Shown: positions 21,037-31,490 of the stretch, in pieces
Position numbering within the stretch: the stretch's first letter is position 1
Layout: every line of letters begins with the position of its first letter
NCBI GenBank assembly: GCA_037129925.1
Contig: JBAXTZ010000001.1
Span: 25,155-89,154 of the forward strand
Direction: 5' to 3'
Length of the DNA stretch: 64,000 nt
DNA from: Bacillota bacterium
GTDB lineage: Bacteria > Bacillota > Negativicutes > JBAXTZ01
Translations under genes and position numbers: made by a program
The notes under the pieces: model-generated
Database searches by the model: none
What the model was told of the DNA's origin: nothing
The model's input: the letters and a program-made list of their open reading frames with translations, nothing else

Positions 21037-21429
21037 TCAATTCTCGCCGTCCCACCTGAACGGCAGCAACTGGCGGATCGTGACAATTTTGGTCTCGCTG
21101 ACCATAACCTCTGTATCAATGTTGCGGTTGTCTATCTGATAGATAAACTCGCGGCAGCGGCCGCAGGGCGGAATAACGGTGTTGGTACCGCAGACCACGG
21201 CGACGATTTTCATTATCCGAGTCTCGCCATTGGTCACCATCTGGGCAATCGCCGAGTGTTCGGCACAAAATCCCATACTGCTGGATACATCAATGCACAC
21301 GCCGGAATAAACGTTACCCTTATCGGTAACCAGCGATGCCGCCACCCCGCCATATTCGCAGTATTTACTTGACCGCTGCGGGTTGAGATGGTTTAGTGCG
21401 ATTGATTTAAGCTCTTCGAATTTCATCAT
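21037..21429 (-). CDS. cdd: cytidine deaminase
   Basis: CAEHSAI and PCGRCREF zinc-binding motifs, 130 aa. Confidence 0.8.
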   Translation of the reverse strand: MMKFEELKSIALNHLNPQRSSKYCEYGGVAASLVTDKGNVYSGVCIDVSSSMGFCAEHSAIAQMVTNGETRIMKIVAVVCGTNTVIPPCGRCREFIYQIDNRNIDTEVMVSETKIVTIRQLLPFRWDGEN

Positions 21430-21726
21430 CTGCTCCTGACATGTCTTTATTACGATACCTTAATTAAGATTCGTTCCCGAAAGCAACTATTCCTGCATGT
21501 TTTATATTATTTATCCGACATTTATTTGACACGCGAAAAAGAACACCGCCAGAAACAACTCTGGCGGCGTTGGACAACTGTGATCAACTGGCAGCAATAG
21601 TACAACACTTCTTAAGCTTAGCGCTTTTGCTTAATACTCCTCGGAATTATTTGCCACAATCCCAGTTCAATTCCTAATAACAAAGTGTCTGAAAGAAATG
21701 GCAAGGTCGACATAACGTTACAATCC

Positions 21727-21972
21727 AGTTTTTCAAATTACTCAGCGATGCGTAATTTGCGCAAATTTCGGGAGTGCCAACAACAGTCACACCAGCTTAG
21801 CTTAAACAATTTTTCAACAAATTTGGCAAACAGCCTCAGCCGCATGACCTTATGCCCATTACCATACTTTTTGCAACGAATCACGTTTTTGATATTAATT
21901 ATGTACAACGTTCACACATTTTTGATACGTAAAAGGTGAAGTTGATCTTCGTTGAATGTTTTTCGCTAGCCG
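21727..21972 (-). repeat. deletion relic of the DUF4143-ATPase cassette (both ends retained, gene body lost)
   Basis: 21727-21840 match 6325-6430 (cassette distal end). 21857-21972 match 10590-10705 (leader with tandem direct repeats). The two ends are joined directly, with no ATPase coding sequence between them. Confidence 0.65.
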
Positions 21973-22101
21973 AAATCAGCGCGGTGAATAACAATTAACT
22001 GCCAATAGCCAACAACATTTCAATCAACAGCTGCTTGTATCATGTACCACTGCAAAACCACTCGTTTTCCAGCATTTCACTTTTACAAAAATAGCACATT
22101 T

Positions 22102-22728
22102 TCATCCAACAAGCACTGCCTTTTCCGCCTTGCCAATTATCCGTTCCGTAATTCCCGGCAGTAGTGCGTAAATTGATTTCCCAATTCGCGCTTCAAAACC
22201 AGCTTTTATTGCAAACATCGCCCGCCACTTTTCCAATGCATATTCATTTAAGCCATAGCGCAACGCCACATCAACGATGCGTTGTTCGATTATGCAGAAC
22301 CCGTCCGGCAACGCTAAGGCATCGCAGAGCTGTATCAGCTTGTCATAGTCGTCATATTGCACATTGCACAGATATTGCTCAAGAAACAGTTTTTCTTCAG
22401 CGCTAATATCATGCGTACCGACAAAACTATTCAGTTTTTTTATAAAAAACGAATGGGTCAGCGTATAACGCGCGCAGCCGTCAAAACCGTGGGCTTGCAA
22501 ATAGCGGTAGCCGCTTACAACATGATGCAAGTTGGTCACCCCTTCGTAACGACCAATATCGTGCAACAAACCGGATACGTAGGCCTTGTCAGCGTCTAAG
22601 CCCAGCGCGCTGCCGATAAGTTCGGCGGCTGTCCCGGCATACAGTGAGTGACCATACCACGGACCGGGATTGGCCAGGTGGGCTTGTTCCAGTAATTCAT
22701 GCGCTTGAGCCCTCGTTGGAAAGGACAT
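22102..22728 (-). CDS. HD domain phosphohydrolase
   Basis: LLHDIGRYEG HD motif, 208 aa. Confidence 0.7.
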   Translation of the reverse strand: MSFPTRAQAHELLEQAHLANPGPWYGHSLYAGTAAELIGSALGLDADKAYVSGLLHDIGRYEGVTNLHHVVSGYRYLQAHGFDGCARYTLTHSFFIKKLNSFVGTHDISAEEKLFLEQYLCNVQYDDYDKLIQLCDALALPDGFCIIEQRIVDVALRYGLNEYALEKWRAMFAIKAGFEARIGKSIYALLPGITERIIGKAEKAVLVG

Positions 22729-22950
22729 AGCAATTACCTCCAGTGCCTATTTCACAAAAGCGCAACTCGTCGCTGCAATGATTGAATTATACACCTGCTC
22801 CACCTTGACTCCAATAAAATAAACTGACTCTAGAGTAGTATATCTAAAGTCAGTTTAATTTCAATGTTCTCGCTGCTATACAACCCGTTCTTTATCAAAC
22901 AATCACTATCCGTATCAAGACGAGGCAGCAGCTTCTCTTGCCGCTGGTAG

Positions 22951-23415
22951 TTACGCCGCGCGGCTTTTGCCGCTACTATGTTCGATTTTTAGTTTAAAAA
23001 CCACCGTCTTCGCAGCGGCATTTTTGATATATTCCCGACCGCGTTCCAGATGGTCAGCGGAATACTTTCTAATCAACAGCTCCAACGCCTGATTTTTTTC
23101 ATCACCGCACAATTCTTCTGCCACGCCAAAGACTATTGCGCTTTTATAAACCATGCTGAAACTCTCCGGTAACGGCTCTGCCTCGCTAACCACGCAAAAC
23201 GATACTTTTGGCGATTTTCGCAACAGTTCCAGCTTCAACCCTTCCAGAGCCATGTGCAGATAGATGTTGTCGCCGTCCGCTGCGTAATTCAGCGGCACTC
23301 CGTAGGGATAATCTCCGCCACTAATTGATAATACACCGTATTTACCGTCTCGCAACACTGCTTCTTTTCCGGTGCTGTCCAAACCGCGCTCGGCTCTACG
23401 CATCGTTCTAAACAT
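22951..23415 (-). CDS. pyridoxamine 5'-phosphate oxidase-like FMN-binding protein
   Basis: 154 aa split-barrel pattern (GVLSISGGDYPYGVPLNY...). Confidence 0.65.
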   Translation of the reverse strand: MFRTMRRAERGLDSTGKEAVLRDGKYGVLSISGGDYPYGVPLNYAADGDNIYLHMALEGLKLELLRKSPKVSFCVVSEAEPLPESFSMVYKSAIVFGVAEELCGDEKNQALELLIRKYSADHLERGREYIKNAAAKTVVFKLKIEHSSGKSRAA

Positions 23416-23488
23416 AACTTTACCTCAAAATCTATTTCACAATCCATTCGTTTTAGTCGATTTTTTTTGCCTTATCGATCTCAAAAAA

Positions 23489-24157
23489 TCAGCCGTTAAT
23501 TTCACAATACTCCCCGCCCTGAAATTTCAGCATGTGTCCGACAAATTCAACCGCTTCATTGTTTACAACTATGCCGCTGCCATCCGGGCAGGCGTAAATC
23601 GTGCGCCATGGGTTGTCACTAGAAAACTTCCCGATCGCATCCGTGACAAATTCGCTGTAATCATAATGCGGGTAGAAATCAAAATTATTCAATCCCAACG
23701 AATCGAACTGGCTGACTTCTGCTAACTCATATTCATACGGATAGACACTGCAAATATTAATATCATCGCTCATCAATATCGAACCGGCACTAACCCCGGT
23801 CAGCACTCCGCCCATTTTTACATAATATCTGAGTACTTCAATAAATCCCCGGCTGCGAAGAATATTTAGAAATTTACCAGTATTGCCGCCAGACAAGTAT
23901 ATGGCATCACGCGTGAATAATTCGGCAACTTTCATCGTGTCATATTCTCGATACAAGTCGAAATACAACACGTCGTTGATGCCATATAGCGCAAAATTAG
24001 CTGTGAATTCCTGATAATACTTTCTGTCAAAATCGCTTTCCGACGGAATAAAAGCAATTCTTGCGGCGCTTTTACCGGTCAACTTTAGCAGCTCCATATC
24101 CAAAACATTGTTCTTTTCCAGCGCCTGACCGCCACTATACAACACCAATTTTTTCAT
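23489..24157 (-). CDS. peptidase S51 / peptidase E-like protein
   Basis: LYSGGQA start, nucleophile elbow GVSAGS, and a His near the C-terminus. Confidence 0.7.
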   Translation of the reverse strand: MKKLVLYSGGQALEKNNVLDMELLKLTGKSAARIAFIPSESDFDRKYYQEFTANFALYGINDVLYFDLYREYDTMKVAELFTRDAIYLSGGNTGKFLNILRSRGFIEVLRYYVKMGGVLTGVSAGSILMSDDINICSVYPYEYELAEVSQFDSLGLNNFDFYPHYDYSEFVTDAIGKFSSDNPWRTIYACPDGSGIVVNNEAVEFVGHMLKFQGGEYCEING

Positions 24158-24274
24158 CAGTACCTGCTTTCGATTTTCCCGATTTTATTATACAAACTAT
24201 TCAGAATAATCAATCTAACAAATCAAAACTGCTTGAAATTCAGCGCATGGTTTTGAACATGCTTGCTTTGCAAA

Positions 24275-25306
24275 TTATTCCCGCTTTATATACTCTATGA
24301 TCAGTTTCAGCGTATTTTCCAATCCGTCAACATGGGTGCGTTCATAACCATGCGATGCAGCGACACCTGGGCCGATCAACCCATGACGAATGTCGTGTCC
24401 GGCCGCCAGCGCCGCGGCGGCATCCGAACCATAAAAGGGATAAATATCCACCGCATACTCTAGTTTATGTGTTTTGGCAGTCGCTATCAACTTGTTGGTA
24501 ACATCATAATCATAAGGGCTGCGCGAATCTTTGGCACAGATCGAAACGACGTGTTCACTCGCGCCCAAATCATCACCAACAGCGCCCATATCGACTACAA
24601 GCATTTCTCTCACATCAGCCGGAAAACCGCAGGCGCCGCCATGTCCGACTTCTTCATACACAGTGAAGAATAAATAGACTTTGCGTCCCAAAGTCATTTT
24701 GTGACTGGCAAAATATTTCGCGACACCCAGCAGCAAACCGCTGCCGGCTTTATCATCAAGGTGGCGACTCTTGATAAACCCGCTAGTGGTCAGCACCGTC
24801 CGCGGATCGAGCGACACAAAATCTCCGGCACTGATGCCCAGTTTCTTTACATCCTCCACGGTTGCGACTTTTTCGTCGATGACCACTTCCATATTAGCAA
24901 AATTGCGTTTAGTGTCAGCAATCTCACGATTGACGTGTACCGCCGGATTTTTCAGCAAAATACAACCGCTGTATTGCTTGCCGCAGCGGGTATGAATAAC
25001 GCAGTTTTCCGACTCAACGTAGTTTTCCGGATAACCGCCAATCATCGTCAACTGCAACCGGCCTTGAGCGTTTATCGAGCGTACCATCGCTCCGAGTGTG
25101 TCGACATGCGCTGAAATCACCAGTGGCTCGCCTGTTCCGCCAAGCTCAACCAAAACCGCGCCTTTATTGGAAACGGAAGGCGAATAGCCCAGCGCTATCA
25201 GTTCGCTAATCAAATATTCAGATGCTTTTTTCGTATAGCCAGACGGACTGGGAATCGCGCACAGCGCCAAAATCTGCTCGACCGAGTAATCCAAATATTT
25301 TCTCAC
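24275..25306 (-). CDS. M42 family metallopeptidase (glutamyl aminopeptidase-like)
   Basis: HVDTLG, DDKAG and EEVG metal-binding motifs, 343 aa. Confidence 0.8.
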   Translation of the reverse strand: MRKYLDYSVEQILALCAIPSPSGYTKKASEYLISELIALGYSPSVSNKGAVLVELGGTGEPLVISAHVDTLGAMVRSINAQGRLQLTMIGGYPENYVESENCVIHTRCGKQYSGCILLKNPAVHVNREIADTKRNFANMEVVIDEKVATVEDVKKLGISAGDFVSLDPRTVLTTSGFIKSRHLDDKAGSGLLLGVAKYFASHKMTLGRKVYLFFTVYEEVGHGGACGFPADVREMLVVDMGAVGDDLGASEHVVSICAKDSRSPYDYDVTNKLIATAKTHKLEYAVDIYPFYGSDAAAALAAGHDIRHGLIGPGVAASHGYERTHVDGLENTLKLIIEYIKRE

Positions 25307-25325
25307 TATCGCCTCGCCTTATACA

Positions 25326-27779
25326 TTATTTCTTTTTGATGTGCCATATTTTCTCACAGTAGTCTAAAATCGCCCGGTCGGAACTGAATTTTCCCGTCCG
25401 CGCAACATTGAGGATAGATTTTCGTACCCAGTTTTCCCGTTCGAGATACTCGCGCTCGACTTGTCGCTGACACCGCAAATAATCGGCAAAATCGGCGCAG
25501 ACCAAATACTGGTCTCGTTCCCGGAGCTGTTTGACTATCGGCATGAACAATTCACGATCGCCGCAGGAATACATACCCCACTCAATTTGCTCAAGCGCTT
25601 CTTTGAGTTCCGGGCAAGCGGCAATGAAGTCCGACGACCGATAATAATTACGCTGCATTTCTTCCACTTGCTCGACGGTATTACCAAACAGGTAGAAATT
25701 TTCCGCGCCCACTTCCTCACGGATTTCCACGTTGGCACCGTCTAACGTACCGATTGTCAAGGCGCCATTCATCGCCATCTTCATATTGCCGGTTCCCGAC
25801 GCTTCCAAGCCAGCAGTTGAAATTTGCTCCGAGAGGTCAGCCGCTGGGAAAATCAAACTGCCGTTTTTGACGTTATAATTTGGAAAAAAAACGACTTTCA
25901 GCAACTTGTTGGTGTCAGGGTCATTGTTTACAACCGCAGCGACTGCATTAATCAAGCGGATTATTAACTTCGCCGAGTAATAACCCGGCGCTGCCTTGCC
26001 GCCAAAAATCACGGTGCGGGGCGGAACATCGCTCTGTTCACCGCGTTTCAGACGGTTATACAACGCTATTACATGCAAAATATTCATTTGTTGGCGCTTA
26101 TATTCATGAATTCGCTTGACTTGAACATCAAATAGCGAATCCGGATCGACCTCAACGCCGGTACGTTCGGCAATAACAACCGCCAGCCGCTGTTTGTTGG
26201 CGAGTTTGGCTTGGTACCAACTTTTACGAAACGCGCTATCCTCAGCATAAGGTTCGAGCAATCGCAATTGCTCCAAATCGTTCAACCAGGCGCCGCCGAT
26301 TTTTTCCTCAATCAACTCGGTCATGCCCGGATTAATCAGCGCGATAAACCGCCGCGGAGTTACTCCATTCGTGACATTATGGAACCTGGCCGGCCACAGC
26401 GTGAAAAAATCTTTCAGCACCGTGGTTTTCAAGAGTTCTGAATGCATATAGGCAACGCCGTTGATGGCGTGACTGCCGATACACGCCAGGTGCGCCATCC
26501 GCACATACCGTTCGCCCTGTTCATCGATAATCGACAGTCGGGCTGCCAGTTGCTCGTCATTGAGAAATTTCTCGCGCACAACAATGAGAAACCGGCGGTT
26601 TATTTCGAGAATTATCTCCAAGTGCCGTGGCAACAGCTCTTGGAACAATTGCACCGGCCACTTCTCCAATGCTTCGGGTAGCAAAGTATGATTAGTGTAG
26701 GCAAAGGTTCGGACAACATTATCCCAGGCTTTGTCCCATGGGACCCGGTAGTCATCTAACAGCAACCGCATCAACTCAGCGATGGCAATTGCCGGATGGG
26801 TATCATTCAACTGCACGACAAAATGATTGGCAAAATTTTCTGCCGGTTCATTGCCTTGATAGGCATCAGCAATGATGCTGAGCATTTCCTGCAACGCGCA
26901 GGATACAAAGAAATATTGTTGTTTTAGCCGCAACTGCTTGCCTTCGCTACGCTCGTCATTCGGGTAGAGCACTTTGGAAATATTCTCCGACAGCACTTTA
27001 GCGTTCACCGCCCGATAATAGTCCCCGGTATTAAACGCGTCAAAATCCAGATCTTTGGTCGCTGCCGCCTTAAATAACCGTAAAATACTAATCGCCTTGG
27101 AGCCATACGCTGGAACGACCAGCTCGCAAGGGATCCCGGTAACGGTAGTCGCCGGTTCCCAATTGCGGTGATTGCGACCGTTTTTGTCAGTATAATCGCG
27201 AATACTGCCGCCAAAGCCAATTAGATAGGCTGAGCGCGGCCGTTGAATTTCCCAAGGAAAACCATTGGTCAGCCACATATCGGCATTTTCAACCTGACAA
27301 CCGTCCTTGATTCCCTGTTCAAACAAGCCAAACTCGTAGCGGATACCGTAACCAATCGCCGCGGTCTTCGTCGTGGCAAATGAATCCATATAGCAGGCCG
27401 CCAGCCGCCCCAGACCGCCGTTGCCTAACCCCGGTTCCGGTTCACAGTCCAATAACAAATCAAAATTCAAGCCCAGCTCGGAAACTGCCTGCCGCGCGGT
27501 TTCGGTAATCCCTAACGCCAACAAATTGTTGCCCAGCTGCGGCCCCATCAGGTACTCAGCGGAAAAATAGCAGACCACGCGACTTTCATTATTCAGCAAC
27601 ATGTGCGGCAAACAATAACTAAAATTGATCATCAGCTGATCACGCACAGTGTAGGCCAACGCTTGATAATAATCTTCGTGAGTGGCAAATTCAGGAATAA
27701 TTCCCACGCTGGTGGACAGATGCCGTTCCAGAGAGTCTTTGAATGCTCTTACAGTAACTTGCGCCTGATTTTTCATCAC
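25326..27779 (-). CDS. glgP: glycogen/alpha-glucan phosphorylase
   Basis: 817 aa with the PLP-site signature EASGTGNMKMAMNGALTIGTLDGANVEI. Confidence 0.9.
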   Translation of the reverse strand: MMKNQAQVTVRAFKDSLERHLSTSVGIIPEFATHEDYYQALAYTVRDQLMINFSYCLPHMLLNNESRVVCYFSAEYLMGPQLGNNLLALGITETARQAVSELGLNFDLLLDCEPEPGLGNGGLGRLAACYMDSFATTKTAAIGYGIRYEFGLFEQGIKDGCQVENADMWLTNGFPWEIQRPRSAYLIGFGGSIRDYTDKNGRNHRNWEPATTVTGIPCELVVPAYGSKAISILRLFKAAATKDLDFDAFNTGDYYRAVNAKVLSENISKVLYPNDERSEGKQLRLKQQYFFVSCALQEMLSIIADAYQGNEPAENFANHFVVQLNDTHPAIAIAELMRLLLDDYRVPWDKAWDNVVRTFAYTNHTLLPEALEKWPVQLFQELLPRHLEIILEINRRFLIVVREKFLNDEQLAARLSIIDEQGERYVRMAHLACIGSHAINGVAYMHSELLKTTVLKDFFTLWPARFHNVTNGVTPRRFIALINPGMTELIEEKIGGAWLNDLEQLRLLEPYAEDSAFRKSWYQAKLANKQRLAVVIAERTGVEVDPDSLFDVQVKRIHEYKRQQMNILHVIALYNRLKRGEQSDVPPRTVIFGGKAAPGYYSAKLIIRLINAVAAVVNNDPDTNKLLKVVFFPNYNVKNGSLIFPAADLSEQISTAGLEASGTGNMKMAMNGALTIGTLDGANVEIREEVGAENFYLFGNTVEQVEEMQRNYYRSSDFIAACPELKEALEQIEWGMYSCGDRELFMPIVKQLRERDQYLVCADFADYLRCQRQVEREYLERENWVRKSILNVARTGKFSSDRAILDYCEKIWHIKKK

Positions 27780-27806
27780 CTTGCTCCTTTAATAGAGATT
27801 TGGATA

Positions 27807-29903
27807 TTACAACCCGAAATAGGCTCCCGCTTGATAGACAACAAAACAGACCAGCCACGCTAACACAAAATTATATGCCGCGCTGAAACTTAACCACTTC
27901 CAGCCAATTTCCGCGCGGATCGCGGCAAGCGCTGCAAAGCAAGGTACGTTTATCAAGGTAAACAACATCAAAATGTAGGCGATTAACGGTGAGAAATTTT
28001 TATCTTTTTTTAGTGCATCGCCCAAGCTCTGACCAGCGTTGGCGCTCGCGTCGTTGGCTTCAACTTTGTATAGCACGCCTAAAGTTGAAACAACCACCTC
28101 TTTTGCTGCAAATCCGGTAATGACGGCAATCCCGACTTTCCAATCAAAGCCGATTGGTCGCAATACCGGTTCAATCACTTTACCGATTTGCCCGGCATAG
28201 CTGTTTTCCATTTGTAACGTCGCCAGGTTTTCCGACGCGTGTTTAGCGGGATCGGCAACGGTACGCGGGAATGTCGTTAACGCCCAAATCAGAACCGATG
28301 CCAACAAAATAATCGTTCCGGCTTTGCGAAAATAGTGACAGGTTTTATCCCAAACGTGCCAGAGAATTCCCCGCACAGTCGGCACCCGATAAGTGGGGAG
28401 TTCCATGACAAACGGCGTGGATTTGCCTTTATATAGTGTTCGTTTAAATACCATCGCCGACACCAGCCCTAATGCAATCCCGATAAGATAAATCGACAAC
28501 ACGACGTTTCCGGCGTGCTGCGGAAAGAATGCCGCCGCCAACAATACATATACCGGCAATTTTGCGCCGCAACTCATCAACGGCACCACCATTATGGTCA
28601 AAATCCGGTCGCGGGCGCTCCGCATGGTGCGCGTCGCCATTATCGCCGGCACCGAACAACCAAACCCCAGCATCATCGGCAAGAATGACTGTCCGTGCAA
28701 ACCAAAGACATGCAGAAATTTATCCATAATAAATGCTGCCCGCGACATATAGCCGCTGTCTTCCAGTACTGAAATCAATAGAAATAAAATAATTATCAAT
28801 GGCACAAACGACAACACTGAACCGACACCGCCAATAACGCCGTCGACCACCAGTGACCGGACTAACCCTTCCGGCATCAATCCGTACAACGCGACACTCA
28901 GCCAGGCAAACCCGGATTGGATCCAATCCTTGGGAAATTCACCAATAATAAAAGTAAACTGGAAAATTGCCCACAAGAAAAACAGAAATATTGGCAATCC
29001 CAAAAATCTGTTTAGCAACACCGCGTCGATTTTTTCAGAAAGCGAACTGTTAGTGCGTTCTTCACTATACACCGCTTCAGCAACCGCCCCGTTTACATAG
29101 GCATAGCGTTGTTCAGAAACGATAATTTCCGAATCGCGACCAAAATGTTTTTCCAAATGCAAGATATGCCGCTTGCTTTCTTTATCAATCAGTTCATAAT
29201 CTTTATGTTTCCGCAATTTCTTATAGGCATCTTTATCTTTTTCGATTAGTTTGATTGCCATCCAGCGTGCCGGATAGACCGCGCTGAACTTTACGTCGGT
29301 TATAAGTAACGCCTCAATTCGTTCAATCTCACGCTCTAATTCATCGCCGTAATAAACGCGTATTTGCGAATGATTTTCATCGGCGATTGCATTGGCGGCG
29401 GTATCTGCTGCCAATATGACTGCGTCGAGCAATTCGTCTAACCCTTGTTTTTTGGCGCCGATCGTTTTGACCAGCGGCATTTGCAACAATTCACTCAGCA
29501 GCTGTTCATCAATATCCAAACCCATGCTCTCGGCTTGGTCGATAATATTCAACGCGCCGACAACCGGAACGCCCAGCTCCTGCAATTGCAGACAAAAATA
29601 AAGATTGCGTTCGATATTGGTCGAATCAATTACATCAATGATAACATCCGGCTTTTCTTCGAGAATAAAATCCCGCGCCACAACCTCATCCGCAGAATAG
29701 GCGGTCAGGCTGTACGTTCCCGGCAGATCGAAAATAATCAGTTCCCGCCCCTTAAAAACCCGGTGTCCCTCTTTTTTCTCCACCGTTACCCCGGCATAGT
29801 TGCCGACTTTTTGGTGCGAACCGGTAACGGCATTAAACAGGGTTGTTTTCCCGGCATTGGGGTTGCCAGCAAGGCCAATGCGGATTGCTTTTTTGTTATG
29901 CAT
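27807..29903 (-). CDS. feoB: ferrous iron transport protein B
   Basis: N-terminal G-domain GNPNAGKTTLFNAVTG and a large polytopic C-terminal domain, 698 aa. Confidence 0.9.
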   Translation of the reverse strand: MHNKKAIRIGLAGNPNAGKTTLFNAVTGSHQKVGNYAGVTVEKKEGHRVFKGRELIIFDLPGTYSLTAYSADEVVARDFILEEKPDVIIDVIDSTNIERNLYFCLQLQELGVPVVGALNIIDQAESMGLDIDEQLLSELLQMPLVKTIGAKKQGLDELLDAVILAADTAANAIADENHSQIRVYYGDELEREIERIEALLITDVKFSAVYPARWMAIKLIEKDKDAYKKLRKHKDYELIDKESKRHILHLEKHFGRDSEIIVSEQRYAYVNGAVAEAVYSEERTNSSLSEKIDAVLLNRFLGLPIFLFFLWAIFQFTFIIGEFPKDWIQSGFAWLSVALYGLMPEGLVRSLVVDGVIGGVGSVLSFVPLIIILFLLISVLEDSGYMSRAAFIMDKFLHVFGLHGQSFLPMMLGFGCSVPAIMATRTMRSARDRILTIMVVPLMSCGAKLPVYVLLAAAFFPQHAGNVVLSIYLIGIALGLVSAMVFKRTLYKGKSTPFVMELPTYRVPTVRGILWHVWDKTCHYFRKAGTIILLASVLIWALTTFPRTVADPAKHASENLATLQMENSYAGQIGKVIEPVLRPIGFDWKVGIAVITGFAAKEVVVSTLGVLYKVEANDASANAGQSLGDALKKDKNFSPLIAYILMLFTLINVPCFAALAAIRAEIGWKWLSFSAAYNFVLAWLVCFVVYQAGAYFGL

Positions 29904-29904
29904 A

Positions 29905-30198
29905 TTATCTGATTTCCCCTCTTTCGGTCAAACGCCGACCGTGCATTGGCCGACGGCGGGCACCGGACAACCCGGGAATTTTCTCGACTTCGATGCCAAT
30001 AGCCTCGGATTTGCGTAACGAAACGTTATAGCGCAATATGCAAATTTCAATCGGATCGCCTAACAGCGCCCGGCGGACAACTTTGCCCTCGGTACCTTGG
30101 GTAAAACCCATTTCCGAGATGCGTTTGCCGATTTCGCCCGTCAACGATACTTTTATTACTTTAAAATAATCGCCGTTACTTAATTCTGTCATTTGCAT
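29905..30198 (-). CDS. feoA: FeoA family protein
   Basis: Small SH3-like protein directly upstream of feoB, with stop and start adjacent. Confidence 0.7.
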   Translation of the reverse strand: MQMTELSNGDYFKVIKVSLTGEIGKRISEMGFTQGTEGKVVRRALLGDPIEICILRYNVSLRKSEAIGIEVEKIPGLSGARRRPMHGRRLTERGEIR

Positions 30199-30318
30199 TA
30201 TCCGTATCCTCCGCTTTCCAACTCCCCTTTACAATCCCATTAGTAAAATTATAGCGCCTCCTGCCTAACTATTCTATAGTTATTACGCCGATAACCTAAT
30301 ATCAGTTAATTTTCCAAC

Positions 30319-30366
30319 AAAAAATCCTGTAAGACGACGTAATCCATCGCCCTACAGGATATTTTT
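30319..30366 (-). terminator. rho-independent terminator downstream of degV (palindromic, could act bidirectionally)
   Basis: An 8-bp stem (atcctgta / tacaggat) with a 21-nt loop, flanked by an A-run on the plus strand, which is a T-run on the minus strand. Confidence 0.5.
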
Positions 30367-30369
30367 CGA

Positions 30370-31215
30370 CTAGTTTTTTGGCTTGCGTTGCACCATCACG
30401 ACAACGGTTCCCGGACCAAAATGTACTGCCAGCGACGCGCCTAACTGCGCCACTTCAATGTTCTTCACTCCGGTTTTGTCCCGAACCAATTCAACCACTT
30501 CGGCAAGTAACTCCGGAATTTCAGTGTGGGTTATGCCAATCCATTCAATTTCCTCAGCCGGCGGCAACTCCTCGACAATCCGCAACAAGGCTTTCCCACG
30601 GGTGCGTACCTTATCTAATACTGCAACTTTGCCTGCTTCAATTGTTAGTATCGGCTTGATCTGCAACAGACTGCCAAACAGCGCTGCTGCGCCACCAATC
30701 CGCCCGCCGCGATGCAGATACTCCAGTGTGCCCGGGAGAATATAGATACCGTTTCGCTCCACTGCGGCGGTCAGCGCTCGGGCTATTTCCGTTGCACTGC
30801 TGCCGCTTTCTGCCAGCGCCAATCCCTGTCGCACCAGATTTAGTAATCCGACTCCGGCCGAGCGTGAATCAACGACCAACACCCGGTCTTTGGCATACTG
30901 TTTGGAAACGCTGCCAGCGCATTGCCAGGTTCCACTTACCCCTGCCGAAACCGTGACAACTACAGCTGTATCACCATTCTTGATTATTTTGTCGAGAACG
31001 ACCGCGAATTCACCTGGCGCCGGCTGGCTGGTAGTCGGATCCGGACCCTTTGCATCGACGTATTCAAAAATTTCATCGGCGGTCATCTCCGGCTCATCGA
31101 TCACATGCTCACCAAGAATAACTTTTATCGGCACAACATGCAAATTATCGTTGTTGGCTAAAAATTCCCTAGGAACATTAGCCGTGCTATCGACTACGAT
31201 ATGTACTTTATTCAT
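30370..31215 (-). CDS. DegV family fatty-acid-binding protein
   Basis: MNKVHIVVDSTANVP N-terminus typical of DegV. GAGGT RBS before the ATG at 31215. Confidence 0.8.
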   Translation of the reverse strand: MNKVHIVVDSTANVPREFLANNDNLHVVPIKVILGEHVIDEPEMTADEIFEYVDAKGPDPTTSQPAPGEFAVVLDKIIKNGDTAVVVTVSAGVSGTWQCAGSVSKQYAKDRVLVVDSRSAGVGLLNLVRQGLALAESGSSATEIARALTAAVERNGIYILPGTLEYLHRGGRIGGAAALFGSLLQIKPILTIEAGKVAVLDKVRTRGKALLRIVEELPPAEEIEWIGITHTEIPELLAEVVELVRDKTGVKNIEVAQLGASLAVHFGPGTVVVMVQRKPKN

Positions 31216-31299
31216 TTTTACCTCGTTTTTTCGGTTCAACAGGCGCTGTTTTTTTTGAACAACTATTCCGTTTACCCCTCAGTTTATTGCAAAATCGTT

Positions 31300-31332
31300 T
31301 TGCCTGCGCCGTATTATAATACTTTACAGCAA
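31300..31332 (-). promoter_or_regulatory. candidate sigma70-type promoter for degV
   Basis: On the minus strand reads ttgcaa, then 17 nt, then tataat, about 80 nt upstream of the degV start. Confidence 0.35.
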
Positions 31333-31490
31333 TTATTGCAACTTCTGCATATTTAGCGACAGTGCGGGTTCATGAATTCAACCGTCGTTCCGTCGGGGCA
31401 GGGTGCTCCAGCCCGCGCTTCAATTGGTTCTAAAAAAAATAGGCGACCGAAGCTACCTATTGGCGCATTTGGAACATTGGACACGTAATA

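Noticed and set aside
22822-22858. Perfect 9-bp-stem hairpin (aaactgact / agtcagttt) between the HD and PNPOx genes
   Set aside because: The 18-nt loop is long and there is no clear U-run on either strand, so a terminator role is uncertain. Left uncalled.
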